Source: Bacillota bacterium (lineage in GTDB: Bacteria > Bacillota > Clostridia > Acetivibrionales > JANLFN01). Taken from it: a stretch of 64,000 nt of DNA. The notes beneath the pieces were generated by a model. The model was not told the DNA's origin, ran no database searches, and worked only from the letters and a program-made list of their open reading frames with translations. This document shows, one piece after another, positions 1 to 7,858 of the stretch. The stretch is taken from the NCBI GenBank assembly GCA_023421675.1, contig JAEZTC010000009.1, forward strand, positions 52,408 to 116,407. The letters run 5' to 3'. The translations under genes and the position numbers were made by a program. Position 1 is the stretch's first letter; each line of letters starts with the position of its first letter.

Positions 1-296
1 TCTTCAGCAACAACCTCGGTAACATAACGCTTTTTGCCTTCGTTATCGTCCCAAGACCTTGTCTGAATTCTTCCTACAACGGCTACCTGTCTTCCTTTTT
101 GAAAATACTTACCACAAAATTCCCCCAGTTTACTCCATGCAACAACAGGAATAAAATCAGCCTGTCTTTCCTCACCCTGTCTGGCGAATTTTCTTTCTAT
201 AGCCAAAGTGAAGCTGCATACTGCGGTGTTGTTTGAACTGGTATACCTTAATTCAGGATCCTTTGTAAGTCTTCCCATTAAAATAGCCTTGTTCAT
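1..296 (-). CDS. ssb: single-stranded DNA-binding protein, N-terminal OB-fold part (3' end of the gene lies left of the window)
   Basis: Own translation of the minus strand from ATG at 296..294 gives MNKAILMGRLTKDPELRYTSSNNTAVCSFTLAIERKFARQGEERQADFIPVVAWSKLGEFCGKYFQKGRQVAVVGRIQTRSWDDNEGKKRYVTEVVAE, a classic bacterial SSB N-terminus. It lies 9 nt downstream of rpsF, as in the conserved rpsF-ssb-rpsR operon. It is absent from the ORF track because it runs off the window. Confidence 0.9.
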   Translation of the reverse strand, partial: MNKAILMGRLTKDPELRYTSSNNTAVCSFTLAIERKFARQGEERQADFIPVVAWSKLGEFCGKYFQKGRQVAVVGRIQTRSWDDNEGKKRYVTEVVAE

Positions 297-305
297 AAAA
301 TCACC

Positions 306-593
306 CTACTTATCCTTTTTTATAACTAGGTATTTTAAAACACCATCAGTTATTTTGTAAATTCTTTCGAGTTCGCGAGGAAATTCAGGTTCAGCACTGA
401 AATTGAGCATAACATAATAGCCGTCATTGATATCATCAATAGGGTATGCGAGTTTCCTCTTGCCCCACTCATCAATGCTTTCCAATTGAGCCGATGACTC
501 AAGCAATCCTTTGAATTTTTCTACAATGGCTTTTGTGTTATCCTCACCCAATTCAGGGTTAATGATAAAAATAGACTCATACTTGTTTAACAT
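306..593 (-). CDS. rpsF: 30S ribosomal protein S6
   Basis: Track ORF 306..674. The S6-like sequence starts at the internal Met (MLNKYESIFIINPELGED...), which is preceded by AGGAGG (cagaaggaggtgaatcaaATG). The upstream 27 codons are probably untranslated leader. Confidence 0.9.
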   Translation of the reverse strand: MLNKYESIFIINPELGEDNTKAIVEKFKGLLESSAQLESIDEWGKRKLAYPIDDINDGYYVMLNFSAEPEFPRELERIYKITDGVLKYLVIKKDK

Positions 594-693
594 TTGATTC
601 ACCTCCTTCTGGACTAAACGGCCCTGCAGCTCGAGTGCAGAGCAAGGAATACGTACGGTTATAAATTTTATCACATTGTGTCAGATTTAACAA
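594..693 (-). promoter_or_regulatory. candidate sigma-A promoter (TTGTTA-17-TAAAAT) plus 5' leader hairpin of the rpsF operon
   Basis: On the minus strand, TTGTTA (693..688), a 17-nt spacer, then TAAAAT (670..665). The leader contains the hairpin GCUCUGCA-cucgagc-UGCAGGGC (8 bp, one G-U) just upstream of the SD. S6 operons are known to carry an S6:S18-binding leader, but identity with that motif was not verified. Confidence 0.35.
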
Positions 694-789
694 GGGGAAT
701 TTTTTTAAAACTGCAAAAGGACTACACTTATAAGCGGTATAGTCCCTTTACAGTCAACAGAGGATTTTGTTGAGATTATTCAATTATAT

Positions 790-2205
790 TTATTTGCTGT
801 AAACTTCAAATTCCAGGAGAGAATATCCGTAATTGGTAGCGCGCTGAACTCCCTGAACCTTTACATACCTGGCATTAACAGGATTGAATGTGATTTCATC
901 AACACCGCCGTCTCCAGTTGTAGTGTTATAGACCTCTGCCCAGTATATATTATCAGCTGATACCAGCACCTTATATGCTTTAGCATATGCTGTTTCCCAT
1001 GAAAGCTTAACTTTGCCTATACTCTGTACCTGTCCCAGATCAACAGTTATCCACTGGTTATCGGTAAACTGACTAGACCACCTGGTATCGGTCTTACCAT
1101 CAAAAGCCTTATCGGAAGTCATTGTAGTATCGAAAACGGAAGATGCTGCAGATGCTTTGTTAATGGCAAGGTTTGTAATGACAGGTGCGGATGTATTATT
1201 TATAATTTCAACCTTGTCTGCATTTACATTGGTTCCGGTAGCAGCTGAGCTCTTTGTTCCTGTAACTCTGACTTTCAGTACGTGCTGACCGCTTGCAAGT
1301 ACCGGGCTTGTATATATTACAACATTATTAGTTCTTGTTGCAGAATATAAATCAACCAGTGATTCTGGCGAACCATCTATTGAAATACCTGCTATTCCAT
1401 GTGTTGGATCAAGAGCTGCATAAACCTTAATCTGAGTTCCCTGGAATAGTACCTGGTAATATGCGTCTGTCTGATTAGACCAGTGATCATCAGTATTGTA
1501 TGCTCCCTGCTGCTGTCCGTAGCTCCATGCACCCTGGTAATTGAACTGGCTTAGGCCTGTTCCGGTAGTATTGTCATTTATAAATACTGAAGAAGGAGTT
1601 GTATTGTTTTGATCCTTATCTTCTATTATTATAGAACCGGTTGAACTGTCCCACTCAACATTCTGTCCGAACTGTTCGGCAATAAATCTTAAAGGTATAA
1701 CAGTTCTTCCGTTGCAGTTGCTTGCCGGAACTCCTATTTTGACTTCCTTGCCATTAACAAGTACTATATCGCTGTCCAGCTTCAAAACTATTTTTATGCC
1801 TCCCTTTGTAACAGTGACAGTTTTTGTCGCCTGATCCCAGGTTACCTGAGCTCCAAGTGCAGTCATAAGAGCCCTTACAGGAATAAGAGTCGTATTGTAC
1901 TTAACTACTGGAGGAACATCAGTAACCATTTCTTCTCCATTGACGAAAACCAACATCATATTCTTTGAATTGCTTTTCGAAGCGCTTTTCTTTTTCTCAA
2001 GAATCTGCTTAAGAATGGCTGTCCTCTTACTTTTATCCTTATGGTACTGTTTGAACATCTTATAAAGGTCACTCAAGCTATAAACATTCAAGCCTGATAA
2101 CTGAGTGTTTGATTGGGGTACTGTTACGGAATGTGCGAATGCCGCCGGTACTGAAACTGTTATTACCAAAACAACAGTTACAATAAGTGCTATAAGCTTT
2201 TTCAT
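790..2205 (-). CDS. secreted protein with a copper-amine-oxidase-N-terminal-like (stalk) domain, a central beta-sandwich CBM-like region and a C-terminal F5/8 type C (discoidin/CBM32-like) domain
   Basis: Track ORF 790..2259. The likely start is the internal Met (MKKLIALIVTVVLVITVSVPAAFA, a signal peptide) preceded by AGGAGG. The C-terminus DGKTDTRWSSQFTDNQWITVDLGQVQSIGKVKLSWETAYAKAYKVLVSAD...YVKVQGVQRATNYGYSLLEFEVY is a typical discoidin-domain pattern. VPPVVKYNTTLIPVRALMTALGAQVTWD is typical of the Cu-amine-oxidase N-terminal-like fold. Confidence 0.8.
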   Translation of the reverse strand: MKKLIALIVTVVLVITVSVPAAFAHSVTVPQSNTQLSGLNVYSLSDLYKMFKQYHKDKSKRTAILKQILEKKKSASKSNSKNMMLVFVNGEEMVTDVPPVVKYNTTLIPVRALMTALGAQVTWDQATKTVTVTKGGIKIVLKLDSDIVLVNGKEVKIGVPASNCNGRTVIPLRFIAEQFGQNVEWDSSTGSIIIEDKDQNNTTPSSVFINDNTTGTGLSQFNYQGAWSYGQQQGAYNTDDHWSNQTDAYYQVLFQGTQIKVYAALDPTHGIAGISIDGSPESLVDLYSATRTNNVVIYTSPVLASGQHVLKVRVTGTKSSAATGTNVNADKVEIINNTSAPVITNLAINKASAASSVFDTTMTSDKAFDGKTDTRWSSQFTDNQWITVDLGQVQSIGKVKLSWETAYAKAYKVLVSADNIYWAEVYNTTTGDGGVDEITFNPVNARYVKVQGVQRATNYGYSLLEFEVYSK

Positions 2206-2289
2206 AATAATTACCTCCTTGGTAAATTCATCATTTAGCAGCTTACCTGCATTAATCAAAGCTGGTAAGTTATGCTTTTAATAAATATA

Positions 2290-2318
2290 TTCGGGGGAGT
2301 TGGTAAGCATTATGGGGT
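2290..2318 (-). promoter_or_regulatory. candidate SigI-type promoter (ACCCC-N20-CGAA) upstream of the discoidin-domain protein gene
   Basis: Minus strand reads gtACCCCataatgcttaccaactccccCGAAtat. ACCCC = 2318..2314 and CGAA = 2293..2290, with a 20-nt spacer. The elements and spacing are the same as the candidate upstream of sigI at 4273..4301. SigI promoters are described as having a C-rich -35 (ACCC) and a CGWA -10. Confidence 0.45.
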
Positions 2319-2387
2319 ACATATGATAAAAATATAAACGTAATAAAGCTGTAACATCAGCGTAACAAAGCTTACCTAAATACATGC

Positions 2388-2418
2388 AAAATAAAAAACC
2401 GGAGAAAAATCCCCGGTT
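2388..2418 (-). terminator. rho-independent terminator after rsgI
   Basis: Minus strand reads AACCGGGGA-uuuu-UCUCCGGUU followed by UUUUAUUUU. It starts about 17 nt after the rsgI stop codon. Confidence 0.75.
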
Positions 2419-2434
2419 TCAGCACTTATTCAAC

Positions 2435-3439
2435 TTAATGGTTATTGCGCCCTTTGCCTTGTTCCTTATTGTTTTTATATTTATTCCACATATCATTATA
2501 TCTATCGCCGGCAGTACTGTTATTTTTAATATCCTTTTTATCAGATTTCTCTCTGTCTTTGTCGTACTTTTGCTGACTTGATTTATTATCCTTTTTATTC
2601 TGCTCAGCTTTATCCTGCTGCTCCTTCCGCTCTTTGTCCTGCTGCTTAACTGTAGACTTTTGCGGCTGTGTGACACTCTGGCTCTTTTCGTTTTCTTTAT
2701 TAATAGTTTTGCTTTCCTTTTTCTTTTCATTAATAGCTGACAGTATTTCCTTAACAGGTTTGTCTACATAATCCTCAGGCTTGATTTCTGGGCTGACTGC
2801 CTTAAGCCTCTCTATAAGCAGCATCTTTCCAGGTGATATTCCAAGCTTTTGCGCTTCCTGATGTCTGACCAGAGGAACCTTTTCTACAACAACCTGTGCA
2901 TCCTTGCTGGCTTGCTTAACCTTAGCCTCTGCCGTGTCCTTGACTTGTTCCTCTATTTCAGTAACCTTATCCTCATCCTTGCCTGATACGGTTATCATAA
3001 CAGCATTCTTCTGCTCGTCATTAAAATAACCCTCATCCCTTGCGTCCTGGAGAAGTTCATCCACGCCATCCTCCAGTTTCATATTCTTATATGAACCAAG
3101 CTCAAGAAGCTTTTGTCCATCTTCATTAAGCGGCTTCACGCTAATAATCCTGTCATATATGTTTGTGGCAATTTCAACACTTGGGTTTATATCAATATTA
3201 AGATAGCTGTATGGAGTGTTATAAGAATAAATTCCATAACTCAGTCCCGCCACAAGAATAACTGCTGCTGCGGCTGAAACCATCTTTGTAAGCCTGCTCA
3301 TTTTGAAATTTGTAACACTGCTTATATCGATTTCTTTTCCAACCTCATAGCCTTTACATTTTTTTATTTTCATAAAATCGCCGTTTTTACATAACACTAC
3401 TGCTTTATCTTCGATAAGTTCAACGATTACAGCCTTCAT
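2435..3439 (-). CDS. rsgI: anti-sigma-I factor RsgI (single-pass membrane protein with a Lys/Gln/Asp-rich C-terminal tail)
   Basis: N-terminus MKAVIVELIEDKAVVLCKNGDFMKIKK..GYEVGKEI is the RsgI_N pattern. One TM helix (MVSAAAAVILVAGLSYGIYSY). The start overlaps the sigI stop (ATGA). Confidence 0.85.
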   Translation of the reverse strand: MKAVIVELIEDKAVVLCKNGDFMKIKKCKGYEVGKEIDISSVTNFKMSRLTKMVSAAAAVILVAGLSYGIYSYNTPYSYLNIDINPSVEIATNIYDRIISVKPLNEDGQKLLELGSYKNMKLEDGVDELLQDARDEGYFNDEQKNAVMITVSGKDEDKVTEIEEQVKDTAEAKVKQASKDAQVVVEKVPLVRHQEAQKLGISPGKMLLIERLKAVSPEIKPEDYVDKPVKEILSAINEKKKESKTINKENEKSQSVTQPQKSTVKQQDKERKEQQDKAEQNKKDNKSSQQKYDKDREKSDKKDIKNNSTAGDRYNDMWNKYKNNKEQGKGRNNH

Positions 3440-4149
3440 CTAACATTCCCCCATGTATCAACATAACTTTTTATGTATTGGTAATCTCCGCTCGCAACAA
3501 CTATTACTGCTACTATATACTTTCGTGCACGTTCTATTGTTTTACGGGGTATTTTTGTAACTTTTTCAATTTCCACTATAGGCAAACATTTACTCTTCTT
3601 AATTGATACAACCATTTCAGGTCGTGATAATAGAAATGAAGTAATCTGACTATAGGCTTTCCTGGTCTTTTTATGTTTGGGAGAGGCATCTGCAAGATCC
3701 AGGAAGCTTATGCCCCATTCATCAAGCTCATCCTTGAGCTGCTTTATTTCCAGCCTTCTGTATTGTGTAAATTCTTCTTCGGTAAATCTTTCAACAGACC
3801 GGGATTCAGTAAAATCAGTCGTGTTTTCATCATCATTCATATACTCATTTAAAGATACTACCTTGCTATTTTTCTTCTCTTTTCTATAATAATCAATAAG
3901 CCTGCGCTTAATAATATTCTGGGAAAACGAAAGAAAATTGCCCTTATTCAAATCATAAGCTTTTATTGCCTCCACAAATGCAATAAGGCCTATACTCAGT
4001 TCATCATCAGTTCCGTAAGATACATACCTTCTCGTTGCTTTCTCTACACAGGATGCAATAAAAGGCTTGTACTCTTCAACAAAGCTGTTTATCTCCGTTT
4101 CATTGTCTTTTATGTATGTTACCCTTTCATTTATAGATAAAGGACTCAT
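3436..4149 (-). CDS. sigI: RNA polymerase sigma factor SigI
   Basis: 237 aa. FVEEYKPFIASCVEK...DDELSIGLIAFVEAIKAYD...FLSFSQNIIKRRLIDYYRKE is a SigI-family region 2, and a C-terminal HTH is present. The gene is translationally coupled to rsgI. Confidence 0.85.
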   Translation of the reverse strand: MSPLSINERVTYIKDNETEINSFVEEYKPFIASCVEKATRRYVSYGTDDELSIGLIAFVEAIKAYDLNKGNFLSFSQNIIKRRLIDYYRKEKKNSKVVSLNEYMNDDENTTDFTESRSVERFTEEEFTQYRRLEIKQLKDELDEWGISFLDLADASPKHKKTRKAYSQITSFLLSRPEMVVSIKKSKCLPIVEIEKVTKIPRKTIERARKYIVAVIVVASGDYQYIKSYVDTWGNVR

Positions 4150-4272
4150 CAGTTCCTCCCCGGAATTTGCTATGTTTATTATAACGCATCAGTAGAAAAT
4201 TTTTTGGTTGTAGAAAAATTTTCCTACCCTCGTTATATATCATTTGGAACATAAGGAAACGTTATTATACAT

Positions 4273-4301
4273 TTCGAAAAACCTGCAATATTTTCCGGGG
4301 T
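4273..4301 (-). promoter_or_regulatory. candidate autoregulatory SigI-type promoter (ACCCC-N20-CGAA) upstream of sigI-rsgI
   Basis: Minus strand reads atACCCCggaaaatattgcaggtttttCGAAatg. ACCCC = 4301..4297 and CGAA = 4276..4273. It lies about 125 nt upstream of the sigI ATG. Confidence 0.45.
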
Positions 4302-4529
4302 ATATTAATAACAATTAAAAAAACTTTATAACAAATTTATCCAGTGGTTTTGTGATTGACAATGACATGCTGTAACAATTATAATGAAATTGTCCGTAAA
4401 AATTATACAGATTAGAGAGTAAGCGGTTTTCGACATATTTTTGTGCCACATTAACAAAAACTTTTGTTTTAATCCATACTCTAGTTTCTGTAAAACCTTA
4501 TGCTATATACTGCAAGGGAGTGAGCTGCT

Positions 4530-4925
4530 TTGAAGGACATTATGATAGATGAATTCCAATATATGGTACAGGAATTGCTTGTAAGGAATAAGAGCATTGT
4601 GGACTCAATTACTAAATATCAGGATTCAAATGCCCGTGTCAACCGTGCAATTGTCAAAGCCGTAACACAATGCGGATGTATTAAGATTCATGCAAAGAAA
4701 CAGAACATACCTGAGAACGGGGATTTCGACGAAATAAAGACCTCAATGAAAACCCATTTAGAAGGTAAACTTTGTGATAATTGCAGGGATCAGATTGAAA
4801 AAGACATAGGAAGAAATGTTTTTTATCTGGCATCTATATGCAATGCATTAGATTTAAACCTTTACGACATTATGATAAAAGAATACGACAGGCTGAAAAT
4901 GCTCGGAAAATATAATTTAAGATAA
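4530..4925 (+). CDS. hypothetical cytoplasmic protein with CGC...CDNC cysteine pairs
   Basis: 131-aa ORF with a TTG start 9 nt after GGGAG, followed by a strong terminator. I do not recognise a family with confidence. Confidence 0.55.
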   Translation: MKDIMIDEFQYMVQELLVRNKSIVDSITKYQDSNARVNRAIVKAVTQCGCIKIHAKKQNIPENGDFDEIKTSMKTHLEGKLCDNCRDQIEKDIGRNVFYLASICNALDLNLYDIMIKEYDRLKMLGKYNLR

Positions 4926-4930
4926 AAGAT

Positions 4931-4956
4931 AAAAAGACGGGTATCCCGTCTTTTTT
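4931..4956. terminator. bidirectional rho-independent terminator
   Basis: aaaaaGACGGGtatCCCGTCtttttt has A-run and T-run flanks. It sits between the convergent 4530..4925(+) gene and disA(-). Confidence 0.85.
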
Positions 4957-4974
4957 ATTTATCCAAATATATAT

Positions 4975-6054
4975 TTATGACTTGAAGCTGCTTATCCTAA
5001 CCTGCTCCTGAAGCCTGCGGAGTCCGTCTTTTATAACTCTCGCACGCACACTACCTATTCCTTCTACTTCATCAAGATCCTCAATTGAAGCTTTTAAAAT
5101 ACTTTGGAGACTTGAAAATGCATCTGCTACCTTTCGTGCAATTCCCATAGGTACTTTCGGAACTTTGTTCATAACGCGGTAGCCTCTTGCTTCAATAATA
5201 GTTTCATTCGGGCTTGTACTGTGGTACCCCATTATACGATATACACGTGATATATCTGCAAGTTCGTCATAGTTAAGCTGTCTTATTTGTCTTAAAATCT
5301 CCTCTATAGGTCTGTTCTCGTATATATTTCTATAATCCTCGATTACTAGCCTTCCGTCACTTTCAGTATTGTCCAAAACCTCGTTCAGCTGCATACTTAA
5401 GAGCCTGCCTTCATTACCAAGTTCACAAATGTACCTGTCAATTTCAGCGGCAATCCTCATAACCATTTCGGTTCTTTGAATAACAAGTGCCATGTCTTCA
5501 ATAGTTACAGCATTTTCAAACTCAAGTGCATTAAGGTTCGCAAGTGCATTATCCAACACCATTTTGTATCTCTCAAGGGTTTCTAGTGCCTGATTTGCTT
5601 TGGCTAGAATTACCGAAGAGTCTCTCAGAATATATTTTTTATATCCCTTATATAGGGTGATTATATTACGCCTTTGAGAGATACAGATTACTACTTCCCC
5701 TGTCTGCTTTGCAAACCTGTCGGCATTAATATGTCTTGTCCCCGTTTCGCCTGTAGGTATTGACGGATCAGGTATAAGAAGTGAATTGCAGCACAATATT
5801 TTTTTAGTATCCTTGCTCAGTATAATAGCGCCATCCATCTTTGCAAGCTCATAAATATGTGAAGGCGAATACTCCTTGTTAATAAAAAAGCCCTGGTCAA
5901 CGATTTTCATAACCTCGGGTGAATCTCCAATAACAATAAGAGCACCTGTCCTTGCACGCAGTATGTTTTCAAGACCTTCCCTCATGGGAGTTCCCGGCGA
6001 AACCATGCGCAGGCAGTCCATCATATCATTATCTTTGATATACTCTTCCCTCAT
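4975..6054 (-). CDS. disA: DNA integrity scanning protein / diadenylate cyclase DisA
   Basis: DAC-domain motifs are present (DGAIIL, GTRHINADRF) and there is a C-terminal HhH (VEGIGSVRARVIKDGL). The start is taken at Met4 (ATG 9 nt after AGGAGG); the track start at 6063 is a TTG abutting the SD. Confidence 0.92.
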   Translation of the reverse strand: MREEYIKDNDMMDCLRMVSPGTPMREGLENILRARTGALIVIGDSPEVMKIVDQGFFINKEYSPSHIYELAKMDGAIILSKDTKKILCCNSLLIPDPSIPTGETGTRHINADRFAKQTGEVVICISQRRNIITLYKGYKKYILRDSSVILAKANQALETLERYKMVLDNALANLNALEFENAVTIEDMALVIQRTEMVMRIAAEIDRYICELGNEGRLLSMQLNEVLDNTESDGRLVIEDYRNIYENRPIEEILRQIRQLNYDELADISRVYRIMGYHSTSPNETIIEARGYRVMNKVPKVPMGIARKVADAFSSLQSILKASIEDLDEVEGIGSVRARVIKDGLRRLQEQVRISSFKS

Positions 6055-6218
6055 AGAATGCAACCTCCTGAAAAACAGGAATAATTATATATAAGTCTGG
6101 TCCTTACCTCCCGGTTTTAAACATAATAATAGTGATCCTATTTATATATACGCTGCATTATGTGTAAGACATGCTTATTTCCAATGAACACTTAAGACTA
6201 CTGGTTGACTCCAGAGTA

Positions 6219-7580
6219 TTAAAGAATCAGATTAAGTGCCTGCTGAACTGTTTTTACACCCTTTATTTCTATATCTTCAATGCCTTTTATCTTTTCCATT
6301 AGCTTATAATTCCCTTCAGGGATGATACAGCTTTTAAACCCTATTCTTGCAGCTTCCATAAGCCTTTTATCGATCTGGCTGACAGCCCGAACTTCGCCTG
6401 TCAGACCCACCTCACCTATCACTACACAGTTTGGGTCTACTGATGTATCCCTGAAGCTGGATGCCAGAGCAGTGATTATTCCCATATCGCAAGCAGGCTC
6501 GTCCACTTTTAATCCCCCTATTACATTTACATAAGCATCAAAGCTGCTAAGCTGCATTCCCATACGCTTTTCAAGTACTGCCATAAGAAGGCACACCCTG
6601 TTATAATCCACACCTGTTGCCATCCTTCTAGGCATTCCAAAATTGGTTGCGCAAACAAGCGCCTGTATTTCAATAAGCATGGGCCTGGTCCCCTCAAGGC
6701 TTGAAACAACCACTGTTCCCGGTACGTTTTCCGGCCTGCCTGCAAGCATTGACATTGAAGGATTATCAACCTCGGCAAGTCCCATATCCCTCATTTCAAA
6801 AATACCAATTTCATTTGTCGACCCAAACCTGTTCTTTACTGCCCTCAGTATTCTATAGCTTACATGCCTGTCCCCTTCAAAATATAATACGGTATCCACC
6901 ATATGCTCAAGTACTCTTGGACCGGCAATTGAACCTTCCTTAGTGACATGTCCTACTACGAAAATCGCTATTCCAAGTCCCTTCGCCAGCTTCATGAGTC
7001 TTGCAGTAACTTCCCTTACCTGGCTTACACTCCCGGGGGCAGAGCTGATGTCGTCACTGAACATTGTTTGTATGGAATCTATTATTGCAAGCAATGGTCT
7101 TTCCCTCTCAATAACCTCCTCAACTGCTTTAAAATTGGTTTCGGAAGCCATCATAATTCCGGGGTTTTTTATTCCAAGCCTGTCTGCTCTGAGTTTAATC
7201 TGTTTTACTGATTCCTCTCCTGAGACATATAGTATCTTTGAGCCTGGCTTGATTTTTTCACATACCTGAAGCAGCAGAGTAGATTTGCCTATTCCTGGGT
7301 CACCACCGACAAGTATAAGAGAGCCTTTTACTATACCTCCCCCAAGAACACGGTCCATTTCCTTGATACCGGTGGAATATCTCTCTTCGTTATCAACCCT
7401 TACATCACTCAGATTCACAGGCTCAATACTGCTCACCTGAGCAGGGCTTGAAGCCGAACCTGTTATTCTTTTTTCCTCCACAAAGGTATTCCACTGATTG
7501 CATGCCGGACATTTGCCGAGCCAGCCCATGGATTCATAGCCGCACTCCTGGCATATAAACAAAGATTTACTTTTAGCCAT
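6219..7580 (-). CDS. radA: DNA repair protein RadA/Sms
   Basis: Zinc ribbon CQECGYESMGWLGKCPACNQW, Walker A GDPGIGKST, the KNRFG motif, and a Lon-like C-terminal domain. The conserved radA-disA order is present. Confidence 0.95.
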   Translation of the reverse strand: MAKSKSLFICQECGYESMGWLGKCPACNQWNTFVEEKRITGSASSPAQVSSIEPVNLSDVRVDNEERYSTGIKEMDRVLGGGIVKGSLILVGGDPGIGKSTLLLQVCEKIKPGSKILYVSGEESVKQIKLRADRLGIKNPGIMMASETNFKAVEEVIERERPLLAIIDSIQTMFSDDISSAPGSVSQVREVTARLMKLAKGLGIAIFVVGHVTKEGSIAGPRVLEHMVDTVLYFEGDRHVSYRILRAVKNRFGSTNEIGIFEMRDMGLAEVDNPSMSMLAGRPENVPGTVVVSSLEGTRPMLIEIQALVCATNFGMPRRMATGVDYNRVCLLMAVLEKRMGMQLSSFDAYVNVIGGLKVDEPACDMGIITALASSFRDTSVDPNCVVIGEVGLTGEVRAVSQIDKRLMEAARIGFKSCIIPEGNYKLMEKIKGIEDIEIKGVKTVQQALNLIL

Positions 7581-7858
7581 AAGACCTCACTTATTTTCAA
7601 ATTATGCGAGTTTTATTTTATGTCAAGAAACCCTCTAAACCATGAAGATGCTAGTTCTTGACAAAAACAAAACATACATAACATAAAATCAACAGAACTG
7701 GAACAACTGGTTAAATTATATCATATTTTGATATATGAAGGTAAAGGAGGTCAATTATGATCTCAGCTATAAAGAAATTTTTTATTTTTCTCGACCTTGT
7801 AATTAACCATGGAATAAGCCCTTCGACAATATTTAAGAATTCAAAGCCGCTAAACGGC

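Noticed and set aside
2384-2730. Track ORFs 2384..2581(+) and 2419..2730(-), which overlap the 3' end of rsgI.
   Set aside because: They lie inside the low-complexity Lys/Gln-rich tail region of rsgI or its terminator. They have extreme composition, no SD, and are shadow frames of a confidently identified gene.
6322-7269. Several 70-108-aa ORFs on both strands inside radA (6322..6534, 6527..6778, 6643..6858, 6701..6943, 6943..7269, 6948..7211).
   Set aside because: All are nested in the well-supported radA frame. They are Ser/Pro/Leu-rich antisense or out-of-frame translations typical of shadow ORFs.
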